Source of the DNA: Ptychomitrium polyphyllum
Lineage: Eukaryota
Assembly (NCBI GenBank): GCA_973851085.1
Contig: OZ316776.1
Span: 6,014,001 to 6,078,000, forward strand
Direction: 5' to 3'
DNA length: 64,000 bases
Positions 27,732 to 41,096 of the stretch are shown here, in pieces. Position numbers and translations under genes: made by a program. A model generated the notes under the pieces. It did no database searches. It was not told the origin of the DNA and saw only the letters and a program-made list of their open reading frames with translations. Every line of letters starts with the position of its first letter. Position 1 is the first letter of the stretch.

Positions 27732-28442
27732 CCTTCCAAGTACCGAACTACATAGTCCTGTGCCACGGTCATTATACCCATAATCCATAATACGCATACT
27801 TCTACTTCCTGAAGCCCATAAATCACTGACAAAATCGTCCAAGTGCACAGCGACTGTTCGTTACTGTACCTGAAACCCGACACTATCTACCTCGACTTTA
27901 GACTCCATGAAATAAATCTACTCCAGCAGTATATGATATCGTTGTAGGGTACAAAAATGAATTTAGGTCAGGACTCCAAAAGCAGGTGCATGCAATCTGC
28001 AGAATTCGTACAGCCGCTCGCAGCAGAGCTCCCAATGGCGACACACGAAAAGTGTAACCGTATCTTGAAGCGATACTGTCTTCGAGTAGGTGCCCTAGAT
28101 GTTCCGCCTGCTAGTAGAAAGTGATGGGGTTGAGTACAGTAACGGTTTTAGGAGCGTACCCCCCACCGCCAGTATACGCTGGGTGAAGAGGCAGCGCTGA
28201 AATCTACGAGTGGGAGGCTTATCTAGAACGCAGGGCTTGCGAAGCGCCACCCCTCGCTTAGCGCCCCAGATTGCCCACAATCGCCATCGCCATCGCTGTC
28301 GCCGTCGGCCAGAAGTCTCCTCTGCGACCCCTCACTGGTTCTCTTGCCCCAGCTTCAGGTCCGCAACGGAGCACGGGGGTGTTTGGGCCTGGGTGGACGC
28401 AATTTGGGTGACACAGGACTATGTAGTTCGGTACTTGGAAGG
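27732..28442. repeat. Nested inverted repeat with a perfect 31-bp core
   Basis: 27732-27762 ccttccaagtaccgaactacatagtcctgtg is the exact reverse complement of 28412-28442. Inner inverted matches lie at 27808-27815/28352-28359 and 27859-27890/28114-28144. Confidence 0.9.
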
Positions 28443-28484
28443 TGACAGTTTTGGTGCAAGGAATTGGGCGCGTGAGCTGTAGCG

Positions 28485-31400
28485 ATGACAGCGCTGTCGT
28501 CGGCCTGTAGCGTCGCGGTGTTGCCCGAAGGCAACACGGGAGGATTGGTGGTCGCGCAGAGAGGCCAGGATGGGAGCGTCGCCAGTTGTAGCAGGCGGGA
28601 CGGTGGGGTGGATTGCTGTGCCATGAGGTTGTCGTCCACCAGGGCACGCAGGGGGGGAGTGAGCGCTCCTAGGTGAGCGTTTTTTCCTTATTGGTGTTGT
28701 TCAAGCTGGAAGCTTGGGTGAGCTCTTGATTCTCGGTTGGTTACTGTTTTTCTGTGTTGAGGGTTATGTGGTAGGGTTTAGGATAAGATTTTTGGTGAAT
28801 CTTCGTTGAATATGGTGGAGAATTTTGTAGGTTGCAGGTGTGTGGTCTGTTAAGGACGGTGATCATGTGCATTGGGGTGCTTCGTCTTTGTTGTGTTGTG
28901 GGGATTTATGCAGGAATTGGATGTGTTGATGTTTGTAGGATTAAGCTGCCGGCAGCGCTGTCAAGGTGTGCGGCGTTTGTGTCATTATCCGTAAACCCCA
29001 GTAGGAAGTCGGTGGAAAGTCGGACGTTGAAAGTGGATGACGTTGTGATGACCGAGAGCTGGTTGCGTAGTCAGGAAAGTGTCGAAACTCGTGCAGCGGC
29101 AGAGGAAGCGATGGCGTTAGCCTTGGCAGCTGCGAAAGCTGCAAGGGATGCGGCTTCTTATGCGGATGCGATGATTGTTGAGAACGAGGAGTTTCCGTCG
29201 GAATTTGACTTGTTGAGGTTAGAGAGGGCAAGGCTGAGTGACATGGAGCACTCGTCTCGGATGGAATATGACGCAGAGGCCGCAATGTTGGAGGCTGAAC
29301 AGAGTTATGTGCAGAAGTTAGAATCACTGTTGGCAGGGGTTTCTACCCTGATTCAAGAGTCTGAGGATACCGCTTCATCTGCGAAGGAAGCAGGTACAGT
29401 GTTAATCTTGATTGCTATCTGCAGTAACTGGTATTAGTGGTTCGCTACTTTGGAAATCGCTGCTCATTCAGGCCTTGCGAGAAACGGCAAGCGTTATGTC
29501 TTTCGCACATTATCTCGATCTTTGATAGAAATGATTCTCATTTGTGAATCTGTGAGCGGAATATGTCCATGTTCTTAAACCCTTTCTGGCATAAGATTTA
29601 CCTTTTTGAGTCGTTTTATGAAATGAAAACATGTGCGGGAGTTTTGTAGTGTACTCAAGAAGCGGAACGGACCAGCCTACTGGTGCTGGGGTTGCGTAAC
29701 TGACTCATCTTGAAACAATGTGTTCGACTTGCAGATGCCAATGACGCGGAGACTGCCGACGGACCACCTCAAAGTAGGAGTTTCGGTGTTGCGGTTAAAT
29801 CGAAGCGAAGAGCCGAGAGGATTAAAAGGCGGGAGCGAGCGCTGGAGAAAGCAGAGAAGGTGGCATCTGCTCTTGCATCCGCGCCTGCCGTACCGAAGCC
29901 TAAGAAACCTCAGATGTCGCAGGACCCTTCAGATCCAATTCGTGCATATTTGCGAGACATAGGAAAAACCAAGTTGCTTACAGCAAAAGAAGAAATTAGT
30001 CTTTCACTTCAGATACAGGTGAGATCTTAATATCGATGCTTTTCTTAAGGATCTGGCAAGGCGTTGAATATTTGAAGAGTATTTGAAGTTTGCATTTATA
30101 TATCGATACTGATATTTGCTGATGTATCGTTGACTCGTCCAGGATTTACTTGGACTGGAGAGGGTAAGAGATGATCTTCAGCAAGAGATAGGCAGGGAGC
30201 CTACCATTGGAGAATGGAGTCGAGCGATAGGAATGGAACAAAATGCCTTTGAATCACGACTTAAGGAGGGTCGGTACTCAAAGGATAAGATGGTGAACTC
30301 CAACCTGAGATTGGTTGTTTCTATTGCGAAAAACTACCAAGGCCGAGGCATGACTCTTCAAGATTTAATTCAGGTCCGTTTTCAGCCGTCATCACTTTTG
30401 TCTTGTATAGTTGGTTTCCAGTTTCGAGCTACTTCAATTCTGGTTTGAAAACATGGTATTTGATAGGAGATCAGTTGCAAATTTATAAATTTTTTATGAT
30501 GGAACGGTTGAATTGTACGTGAAATACCTGAAGTAAGACGGATGGCGTTTCAATTGATACTGAGTTTATCTTGTTTTCCGCTTTGCTGGGGCAGGAAGGA
30601 AGCTTGGGATTGATTAGGGGAGCCGAAAAGTTTGACCCGAGTAAAGGGTTCAAGTTTAGTACTTATGCACATTGGTGGATTAGGCAGGCTGTAACACGAG
30701 CAATTGCGGATCAATCTAGAACCATTCGTTTACCAGTGAGTGCTTCTCTTATTAAGATACCCTGTTTTAATGACTGCTCCCTCTCTGCTACAAGATGAAG
30801 CATTAGGCTTGAGCCAGAACATGATGGTTAGTTCCGACTTATGTTTTGACAAATAATGTTGTTTTTTAACAGATTCATTTATATGAAGTCATCTCGCGTA
30901 TCAACAAAGCTAAGAAAATGCTGGTTCAAGAGCACGGGCGGCAGCCACTTGATGAGGAAGTCGCCGAATTAGTCGGTTTGAGTGTTGAAAAGTTACAGTC
31001 TGTAGTAAAATCAGCTAGAGCCCCAGGTTCCATGGAGCGTCCCATCGGCAAAGAGAAGGATACTACGGTCGGGGTAAGCTTTCAACTATAAACGATCTAG
31101 AGCACCGTCTGTGTCTTACCGTTTGGACCTGTCTTCTAGACAAACTGTGTGATCATACTTGTCGAATTTTGAGCTCTTGATTTTTTGCTCGACTGATGCT
31201 AACTTTTTGCTGCCACAGGAACTAATCGCCGATAAAGACGTTGAGTCACCTGAAGATGCCATTTACAAGCAGTTGCTGAAACAAGATCTCGAGAGTGTCT
31301 TAAAAACCCTAAACCCGAGGGAGAGGGAGGTGCTTAGACTGCGCTTTGGATTGGGAGATGGACGATCGAGAACTTTAGAAGAAATAGGTCTCATTTTTAA

Positions 31401-31515
31401 GGTTACTCGAGAACGGATTAGACAAATCGAGTCTAAGGCAATGCGTAAGCTGAGACAATCAAACCGGAATAGCATTTTACGAGATTACTTAGATGTGAAG
31501 TCAGATGCTCTTTAA
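28485..31515 (+). CDS. Nuclear-encoded plastid RNA polymerase sigma-70 factor, probably SIG2/SIGB-like
   Basis: Seven exons (28485-28671, 28939-29393, 29735-30017, 30143-30373, 30595-30736, 30872-31073, ~31220-31515). Region 1.2 [11 protein letters not shown], region 2 [39 protein letters not shown], region 4 [19 protein letters not shown]. The subfamily assignment is inference. Confidence 0.93.
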
Positions 31516-32070
31516 TCTGTACCTGAATGGAGAGTACATACAAAACTGAAAAATGATCACAGTGCCACAATCGGAGATAGCTAGTTTAATTTGCAGGCTG
31601 CTGACGCTGTTAGCATTGTGTTCTAATAGAATGAGAAATTTTTTCCTCAGTTACCAGTCTTGGAACTACAGAAAACTTTCATTTGAAAAGGTCAATATGT
31701 TACTTGATTTCTTATCTTGTGAGTAAATTCTGCAAGAGCTAATAAGAAAGCTGAGGCAGCTGGTGGTAATTATGCCAGTTTACTACCAGTAAATGAATAA
31801 ACAGAATATGATCATAAATAGAATTGCAGAGGTCTACCTTGGAACCGTATTGAGGGCTACCACATGAGTGACTCCCTGTATTGAAATACTGTACCACGGT
31901 GCTATGCCGAAGTAAATTTACAGCGCTAGGGAAGCCAGTTCTCAACCAGCTAAACAATCAATGCACAATCTTAGAGCTTGATACTTATGCTTCTACTGAA
32001 GTATCTGTTTAGTAGAGTTCGATGACGTAGGGTAGAACTAGAGGCCTTGCAACCAATACTTTACAGATGC

Positions 32071-33874
32071 TCATTCCTGCAACTGGAGAGCAGCTAGCTG
32101 CTTCACATTCATGGGGTAGATATCAGCTAGTGTGCCGGAGAAAAAGCGTTGGCTGATGATGACATTGGCAGCGTCTGTGGGATGGTAAGGGTCCCAGAAC
32201 AGATGGCTCCTCCTGTTCTCGCAAAATGGTACTCCGGGGAAGCACGGGGTTAACCCACGGTAAAGTCCAACGGGCACTCCACAGCACGCCTGGTCTTTCG
32301 TGGAAAAACCTGCCAGATTGCCCGAATGCCACTACTCATCACCCACTAGAAGCGTGAATTTGAGCACAATGAGATAGAAGTTGTTTACAAAATGGGAAAA
32401 GTTTAGTGTTTAGAGTTTAAGGAGTGAGCGAACAAGTCGTACGTACTTACCAAAACCTGTAGGGTTGTTGATTATCTGGCTGACGACATTGTAAGAATCC
32501 GCCAGGACGAACTTTGTCCGAGGGTATCTGCCATTAAGCTCGTTAACGAGCGACCTAAGCGCGATGTTGAAGTTGGATACAAGAGTGTTGTCTGAGTGTA
32601 CACACTGCCCTTTTACTTTAGATTCCAGTGTCATGCGGTATGGTATGCATCCCAGAGGCCCCACATTCGACAGGATGAATTTTCGTGCGCCCAGGCTCAC
32701 AAGAGTCTGTAAATACACACAAATGGTAGCTAATTTATCATGTGTTACAGCAAGCCTGAAAGTGGACATCGAAACGTTTGAAGAAACAGCCCCTGAACAA
32801 TCAACAGCAGAGGTATGTATATTCAAGGTTGAAAATACTGGTGAACTGATTCATTTGGATGGATGCATACTAACCGCGAGCTGCTGGCGGTATGTGTTGA
32901 TAATTCTGTCTTGGAACTGCTGACGAGTGAAGAGCCTGGGAGACGGTGAACCTACCACCCAGTAGTTGTTAAGGAAGTCGTTAGACCCCATAGTGACAGA
33001 ATAGATGGAGTTTTTTATCAGTGCGGTTCCTGCCGTTGGACCCAAAATTTGCATAATCTGGCTGGTGGTGTTCTTGAACATTTTGATTTGTTGCCACAAT
33101 GGGATTCGGTTCACCTAATAATTCAGAAATTAGCACACAATTGACAGTGGAACACCACTTAGACTAGAGCACAATGTAAACCCCAACCTTCAAGTAGCAA
33201 TTTTCATTCTTATCTTGCAATTTAGTTAGTCGACAAGTTGACAAAACATTCTCAGCATGCAACATTTTAAGGCTGTTTCGGGAATAAGCTTACAAAATTG
33301 TACCCGGTGAAGTCCAGGATCCCTGCTCCTCCTGAGGCATAGTTCATCCCTTTAAGGATGGCTGTGCCCTTCGCTGCAGGGTCCAGAAACACAGGTGCGA
33401 AGGGTAGACCCAAGAGCTGCCCTGCAGTCCGGTTTCAAAACAGCTTTTTTCTGAGAATGGATTCTAGCTTAATTCATATTAGCTTTGAGATTGAAAGTAC
33501 AGATGATTCAATTTTATTTACTACCCGAGAGTAGAGCACGTTGTAAAGAATGCAGGCTTACCAACAATATCAGCCACTGTTCGGCCATTGCAAAACCTGC
33601 CAGAGGCCTTCCCACCTGGAAAATCAACGCCATTCGCTCCATAGTTTGCTCTAGCCAGAGAGCCAATGTAGTTGTTATTGCCAGCATCCACCAGTGAGTC
33701 TCCAAAGATGAAAGACGCCTCTGGAAAAGTGTTACTAGAGCCAGCTCCAGGCTGTGTGAGGTTCTGTGCAACACACATGTAGCATCCACTGAAGCTGCCG
33801 CTCCACAACAGCAGCATTGCAGCCCATGGTTGCAAAATATTCATAAACTGGGTGCACCTTTGATGCATTCCCAT
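32071..33874 (-). CDS. GDSL esterase/lipase
   Basis: Signal-peptide-like N-terminus, FIFGDSLVDAGNNNY, GRFCNGR, GMNYASGGAGIL, MGSNDFLNNY, LGARKF, FWDPYHPT. Five GT-AG exons. Confidence 0.95.
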
Positions 33875-36664
33875 AACTTCCACTTCCACAAATTAAGTTC
33901 TCAAGGAAAACTAGTCTAACCACTCCCTCACATCACTGGCTCCACTGGAGTGCATTGATCTCCTTGTGCTAGTGAGACTGGCTTGCAACCAGCTACAGAG
34001 GGCAATATATCTGCAATATCTCAGCAGCAGCGTATGGCATAGGTTCATGTAAAGGGAGGGACGTTGGAAGGTTTAGCCTGGTGCAGAGCAGCTGGATCAA
34101 TAAATAGTCTGGCGGCGCGGTGGAGTTGTGCACCTACTTCCCGAGTGCAGTTAGGTTTGAGTTCAATATCCTACAGTGGTCATTGCTGTTAGGATGTTGG
34201 CTGAGACTCACATAAATAATCTTGAATCCCTGATGCAAATACCACTCTTAATTTGTACTTCACAGTATAATGAACCACGTACAACCTGGCTTAATTAGTT
34301 ATCTCCTCTGACCTAAACCCTTCCTGTGATTGGCTCATTCTTGCCAACCATTGTGGTAGCATAGTGGTAGGGCGGAGCACCAATTGCCGCCATTTAAAGA
34401 ATATGAGCACTGTTGGATATCAATACAAATTGGGAAGCTTAAATGACAGGCTGGTCTCTATAACTAAGACTGTGAAAGTTGTGACTGAGTTGCAGTATGA
34501 ACAGCAGGGATTTAGTGTAGGAAATCCAGGGCCAAATTCATTGGCTTCGACCCAGCAGAACTCAAATTATGGGACATATGGTAACCTTGTACATCCCACA
34601 ACAGTTCATGGCAGTCTGTGTGAAAATGTTATCTTGCATATTAGGGAAGTACTTCTACACTCGTACTCAATGTTGAGTGGACATAGTGTAATGGAGAAAT
34701 ATGCTTTACTTACAACAACCCTTTACGAATTGTTATTGATTTCAAAAGTAATCATAAAAGTGTAACATGTTTTTTAGGACATTAATCATAAATTTTTCAT
34801 TTTTTTTAAAACACAAATTATATATATATATAAAAAAAAAATTGTAAATTTTGAAATCATATTCCAAAATTACGTAGTCGTTTAAAAATTTTGTGTTAAA
34901 TTTGTTCTGGAATCCACTAAAATATAGAATATGAATCTTTTTAGAATTACTTTATTACAAAATAAAATTTTCGATGCCAATTTACTTCCACCTTTCACTG
35001 AAGTTTCTTCAATTTCTTTTTAAGAAAAGAATATGTTGAAGTAATGATAAATATAAATAAGAATACTGACTTGGAGCTTTTAATGAATATTTGTATTTCC
35101 TGCATGAATATTTGACACAATTTCATTTCGTTTATATGGAGCACAATTTAGTTCAGAATTCAGATTTTTGATAAAAGATTTTTTAACTTTTAACATGTTA
35201 CTTTTGTAGTGACGAAGGGAAGAAGAACTAATTGTGGAATTACTGTATGGAATTTATTATGTTAACATTTGACAGGTAGATATGAAATCTAAAGCATTGA
35301 TCATTTTGTAAAGTTGAAGCTACAAAGAAGGCAAAACATAAGTAGTTAGAATTTCAGAAAAAATGAAGTTGATAGGAAAAGGATATAGCAATTAAAGATT
35401 ATGTTCTAAGCAACATACAAATGTAAAGGAAAAAGCTATGAAGACACAACTTAACAATTATTAGAAAGAAGTCAAGAACAATGGTTGAGGCAATAAGCTA
35501 CGTGCATTTCTTAAATTCAACTTACCAACTATAGACAATGTTTACATTCTCTATATTATGATTTTATGCTAATAATGAATATTATAACCAATGTATGTAT
35601 CACAACTTTTTGAAGAACTAAAGGAAGAAAAGAAATGATTGATTGAGAGCATCATTTACAATTTTGTGCCGTAAAGTTGTGATATAAATTCTACTATTCA
35701 GCCACTAATGCTGTAAACTTAAGTTCTTCAAAAAAAAAAAAAAAAAAAAACTTATTAAAAAATGATGCTTTAATAATATTTGATTATTATAAAGGGTTAA
35801 TTTTTTTGTATATATATGTTATCTGAGTTTATCTTATAACTATTAATAACAATGTTCCTATGAACAGATTTTATTCCCTTTGCTATTCCAATTCAAAGCA
35901 AATAAAAAAATTTATAAAAGCAAATAATCAAATTATAAAAGCAAATAAACAGAAAAAATTTATTTGAAGATTGCTTACTTAATAATATAAACAAATCACA
36001 TAAGTAAGGATGACTTTGGCAATTAGGCATATACACTCGAAGGTGTTTAAATAAGAGATTAATCAAATTGATGAATGTACTCTACAGGTTTGTTTTAAAT
36101 ACACTGTAACACAACTTTGAGATTTGTAGTAAATCGTTTTTTCATTTTCATTTTTCCAAACGTCACCAGTGAAATTTGAGTGCAACAGGAGTGGCAATAA
36201 ACAATTCTTCATATAATTTTTGGATCTACTTTCATCCAAACATAGAATATTTTCATTACCATAAAATATTTGCTTTAATGAAGTAGTAAAATATTCTTCA
36301 TTTGAAGTTTCTGCTCAAATCATAAAAACACATAAAACCAAATAAAGTAAAGGAAGTGAGATTACGAGTTTAAGGTTAAAAAGAGCTTAAATTTACTAGT
36401 AACTCTGATGTGCATGAACTCCTAATCTGATTGTGACTTCCCAGTAGACTGCACAAGAGGTATCTATTTTAATTGAAACAATAGTTTGTCTATACTCTGA
36501 ACCTAGTCTTGGAACACCAAATACCAATCTTGTACTCTCATAAGTACAATTTTGTCAAATATAATGTACACAATTTTCTTCTGAGACACACAACTCTAGC
36601 AACGAAATAATACTGTTCTTTGAAATTGCACAACCCTAAGCTTCAACGACTAAATAACGTACTA

Positions 36665-39600
36665 CTACCACGCTGGAATACTAGGTGAACTCCTAAGGTA
36701 TGGAACAACAAAATCTCTAATCTCCAAATCATTAATACTTAAATGGTCACCAGGAAAAGCAATATATGTGACCCGGCCACTTTCATCCAAGGCTCTTAGA
36801 CCAATCCAGTCCTCCTTGTACAAATCCGTCTGCAGCTCAATGAACAAACGCAATTTCAACTAACACTCAGGTGATACCATGAAAACATCTTGTACGGCCA
36901 TTACTAAACCGCTAATAGCATCACAGGCAGGGCTATGATAGTATACTTTAGGGATACAGAAAGAATTACAAAAATTTCACTAAAAGGACATAAAGACGAA
37001 AAATTCATTCAGTGAAATTTTATTAGGACAGTAAATACTGAGAACTTCATTGCCACGTAACGCTCGATGCTAACTTCACTGGCATGAGATCTTTAAAATT
37101 GAAATGCACTTGCCTCTTCGGGAGCTTGCACAACAGTGAAATCATTCTCAGCATAGTAACCAAACCAAGCTGTTTGAGGAGGAATTAAGATAGCATCCTG
37201 TTGGAACTGCAAAACCCGGTCGTTGGTCGACTTACAAATCAGCACAAACACAAATCCATGACCACGTAGTCCAAGATACACAGGGATGCAAAGACAAGAC
37301 AGTAGTATACATACGTACATAATTCCACTACTTCAATGCAATGACTAAGAAATGCAGCTATAAGTGAAGAAGAAACTCACCATTATTAGCACTAGGTGAT
37401 TGAGACTTTCCAATCTCTTTTTATAGGTCTCATTACGATTAGTATCAATCTCGTTGTTCAGTTTCGGTAGAAATAAGGAACCTTTGTAATAAGCATCCAT
37501 ATCCTACACAATATACAGTCGAATATTCAGTCCGCAACATGGTATATTTTCAGTACCCTCGTACAGTTCAACATACAACTCTGTTGATTCGTTGACCCGT
37601 AGTCACCTAGGTCAGAGCAGTCAAATCATACACACCACAAAGCTAAGCACCTCAGTTTTCAGTGTGACCTACTTAAGTTCTTTGCTTATCATCCGACCAA
37701 TATCAACCAGTTAAACTAAAGGTTTCTTAAACATGGGCACCACATCAGACGCAAGAGTAAATTTTGTGGAAGATCCAATCTTAACAGGAAAATCTTTGCA
37801 GGCTTCAGGGCAGTAATACTCACATTTGGAATTTTTACGTAGCCGCTTGGAGCAAGATGGTTCTGTAGGCATATCATAGACTCGTGACTGTTATTTCAAT
37901 CCACAACTAAATGTATAGTTTTCTACCTCATTGGGAACCGAAACGCAAATAAAAAGGAACAACATGTTTAAGCCAATACGAAGGTGTTCAATATCAAACC
38001 TGTACAAAAGGTGAGTATACACCAAGCCGAATCAGTGCGTTAGCTAGTTTACAAAGCGACATAAGCTGCGAAAATTCCAAGCACAAACAAAAAACTCTTG
38101 GTTAGACTTAGATCAAGATGATTACTCAAGATTCATATCAACACTAACCGCACTTAGACTTCAGCTATGCGCTTATAAGCAAAAATTCGTAAAAATCTAA
38201 CCAAGTGCCGAACTCAAACTACCAAGTCTTCGTGTCTTACCGTACACCCAGGTAATGAGGCTGTTCCTGCATGGGGTCCTCCCAGGGATACGAAATTATT
38301 GACCTGTTAACATTTAAGAAAAACAGCAAAGCTTACTACAAATTTCAAATACTGTAGCTGCATGGAACTTATTCAAAAAAGAAGAACCAAACTAATCTAA
38401 AACTGTAGCTTCTAAAACTTTTTCCTTGTCATAAATTCTCCGGATACTAAAAATTGATGCCAAGTGTACAAAAATGCTAGCGTAGAAAATCAAGATTCAA
38501 AATTTTCATCATTAGATGAATTATGTCAATCTTCTATAAAAACCACAACTACTTAAACAAACCTTTGGAAGAGGTGAAGTATTTGGACTGTCAGAGATGG
38601 AAGGGCAGAGGGTGAGACAATGACGTGAAAAGTAAAAACTTACAGGTGGTCCATCATCACAAAATTCAATCACAGCTCGAGCTACTACATTTCCCTGCAT
38701 GCATGTAATTAATTGTTACAAAAAGAGCTTAACAACTCATCACAATTGACAGCTGCATGTAATTAATTCCAAAGGCCGGCATTGCATCATCACCTGTGAT
38801 AGACCAACCATGTTGTAACCGTCTTTCAACTCTAGAATCAATTTCACCTACCAAAATAAGCGAAGAGAGCTGCATTAGAATAGATCACGTACACACAATA
38901 ACTCGTTTATGTCGTCTCTTATTAAAAACTTGATATGCTCACATTAAAGGACTGGAAGCAAGAAGTTCGATCCAGGTACGTGGATGGTTTTAGAGTCAAA
39001 TTGGCACAAATGTGAAAGTTGCCACCCGACTAAGTATTAAAAATCGGGAAATACCTGGTCGCATACAGTCTCCGCCTGCTCCTCACCACAATAACACATC
39101 AATCAGTACCAGGCATTTACAATTGCCAGTGTGAAACGCACAAGGAACTTTAGGCAAAACACAGGTATAAATAAAACACCCAAATAACCATGTCTACAAG
39201 CTATTCACCTGCTTGTCAAGTCGCATAAAAAAGGAGTCACTTGCTCCATTGCCTATCTCTCTGTGAAGCAAACACATTAAAATAAAGTGGAAAGAGATTC
39301 ACAGCATTAGCCTGCAAAGGATGATTGCATACTCGTGAAACAACATTATATAGAAAAAAAGGTGACAATCCGACTGGCTGAAAACTAGCAGGTAATTGAA
39401 CTCTGTTTTACTCCCACCGGTCACGGTAGAGAGCGTGCATGACACTCTGCCGAGTTTAAAGAACGTTCCCTGTTCGTGATACCCTAAAATAAATCAGAAA
39501 ATAATGTGCCATAGGCATCAACTCGAGTTCCTAAAAGAACAAAGGTAAACGACGTATTCCAAAGTAACTGCACTACCGACAGTTTAATGAGCTGGAGAAG

Positions 39601-40455
39601 ATGATGCTCACATCTTTCAACGATACAAGACCATCTCTGAGTTTAGACACCAATGCCAATCACAACGCAGTCTATGCTATTCACATTAAGCACGACCACA
39701 AGCATATCTTACATGCAGAATCCGGCAGCTCCAGACATGTTCATAAGCAGATTCGTAAATTCATAGAGTCCTTGGTTCTTGCATTCATCTCCAATGCCTA
39801 GTCCAAAAAACAACAATCGCCACCTTACCAAACGAAAAATAAATCCATAGCCATACAATCAATCAAAATTAAATTCCAATCGTAAACAAATATCCAAAGC
39901 AGATCCAAAAGAAAGCCACACATGCAAGAACAACTTCAATTCGATTATTTCTACGAGGAAATTGATACGATGGCGTCTCGACATTATCACTTATCGGCGA
40001 ACTACTGCCACTCCACACATCAAGCAAAGTTAAGAAAATGTAAGATTAATTCGTCGAAAACCTAAGACCAAATTTCAAGAAAATCAACGCTTTGCTAAGT
40101 ATCGACAAACGCCAACACCTACACTATTTCCAAAACAACTAATACAGATGTATCCCTTCAACTCCTCTAACCAAAAAAAAACAACAACTAACTTGCCTTA
40201 AAAAAGGGAGCAGAAAACTAGCATAAGACTCGATCTCTACCAAACGGCCCGAGGTGGCGACGATGAGTCACCCATACCGTGGAGGACGACGAAGGGCAGC
40301 GGCTTGGTCATGGTCGTCGTGCGACGCAGTGTCCCGCCCGGCTCCCGCACAGTGCCGGTGCCGCTCACGAAGGCTCGCGCCGGGAGCAACGTGACGAGAA
40401 TCACCGCAGCCAAACACTTGAGCAGCGCGGAACGTCGATGCTTCCTCGCCGCCAT
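36665..40455 (-). CDS. Palmitoyl-protein thioesterase (PPT1-like)
   Basis: Signal peptide, PFVVLHG|IGDEC, EIGNG, GYNMVGLSQ|GN (nucleophile elbow), NFVSLGGPHAG, HLAPSGY, FQQDAILIP, LYKEDWIGLRALDE, FPGDHL. About 12 exons. Confidence 0.93.
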
Positions 40456-41096
40456 AGCTGCCCCTGCTGGCTGAGCGCCTCGGTGATCAATTCAATCCAA
40501 TTCAACTCGATTCAACTCGACTCAAATCAAGTGGCGCTTCCGGTTAATGCGATCCACCCGAGCTGCTGGCCGGGCCGGTGCCCGCTCGAAAGCAGTTGTG
40601 CGAGCGTACGGAGGCAGCAATCCACTGCACTTGCTGAGTGCACCTGGTGCCCTTCCCCCCCGCCAAGCCAGCGCCGAACGTGTGGACTGTCACGCCATGC
40701 ACAGTCGACGGACATCGGCCAGAGGATTTCCACGGGTACGTGCTGCGACAGAACATGACGGCAACCTGCTCCTACGGGGTGCACATCGACGTCCACTTCA
40801 CAGTCGGCGGTGCCCTGCACACCACCTCTCCAGATTCCGCCTGCCACTACTCGGCCAGCGCCAGCCTACAGTCGGACCGGCTCAGCCGGGCAGCCCGTGA
40901 TCCCACCGGTGAATCCCAACGCGAGAGTGCCCCCACTCCACACCACCGCAACTCGCTAGCCGGGGGATCAGTAGTCGGGCCATGCTGAGCCCCCCCTCCG
41001 CCCGCAACGACACTGCTCCACCACCGGCCATTCGCTCGTTTCCACGTTAGCTACCTCGGTGAAGCACCTTTCGCATCACCTTCCATATCATCTAGG

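Noticed and set aside
28423..28446. Resemblance of gtacttggaaggtgac to a 5S rRNA internal segment
   Set aside because: The match is short and gapped, and the rest of 5S is absent.
27581..28482. Two ORFs sharing the peptide QDYVVRYLEG as paralogous proteins or a microexon
   Set aside because: The identity is at the DNA level with no synonymous changes, and the flanking peptides are unrelated. The inverted repeat explains it.
18768..31515. Bacterial contamination or recent HGT suggested by RadA and sigma-70
   Set aside because: Both genes have many spliceosomal introns and N-terminal targeting extensions, and both are known nuclear-encoded organellar genes in plants.
40527..40988. Cluster of 70-120-aa ORFs upstream of the thioesterase
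   Set aside because: GC-rich promoter-like DNA open in several frames, with no recognisable domain.
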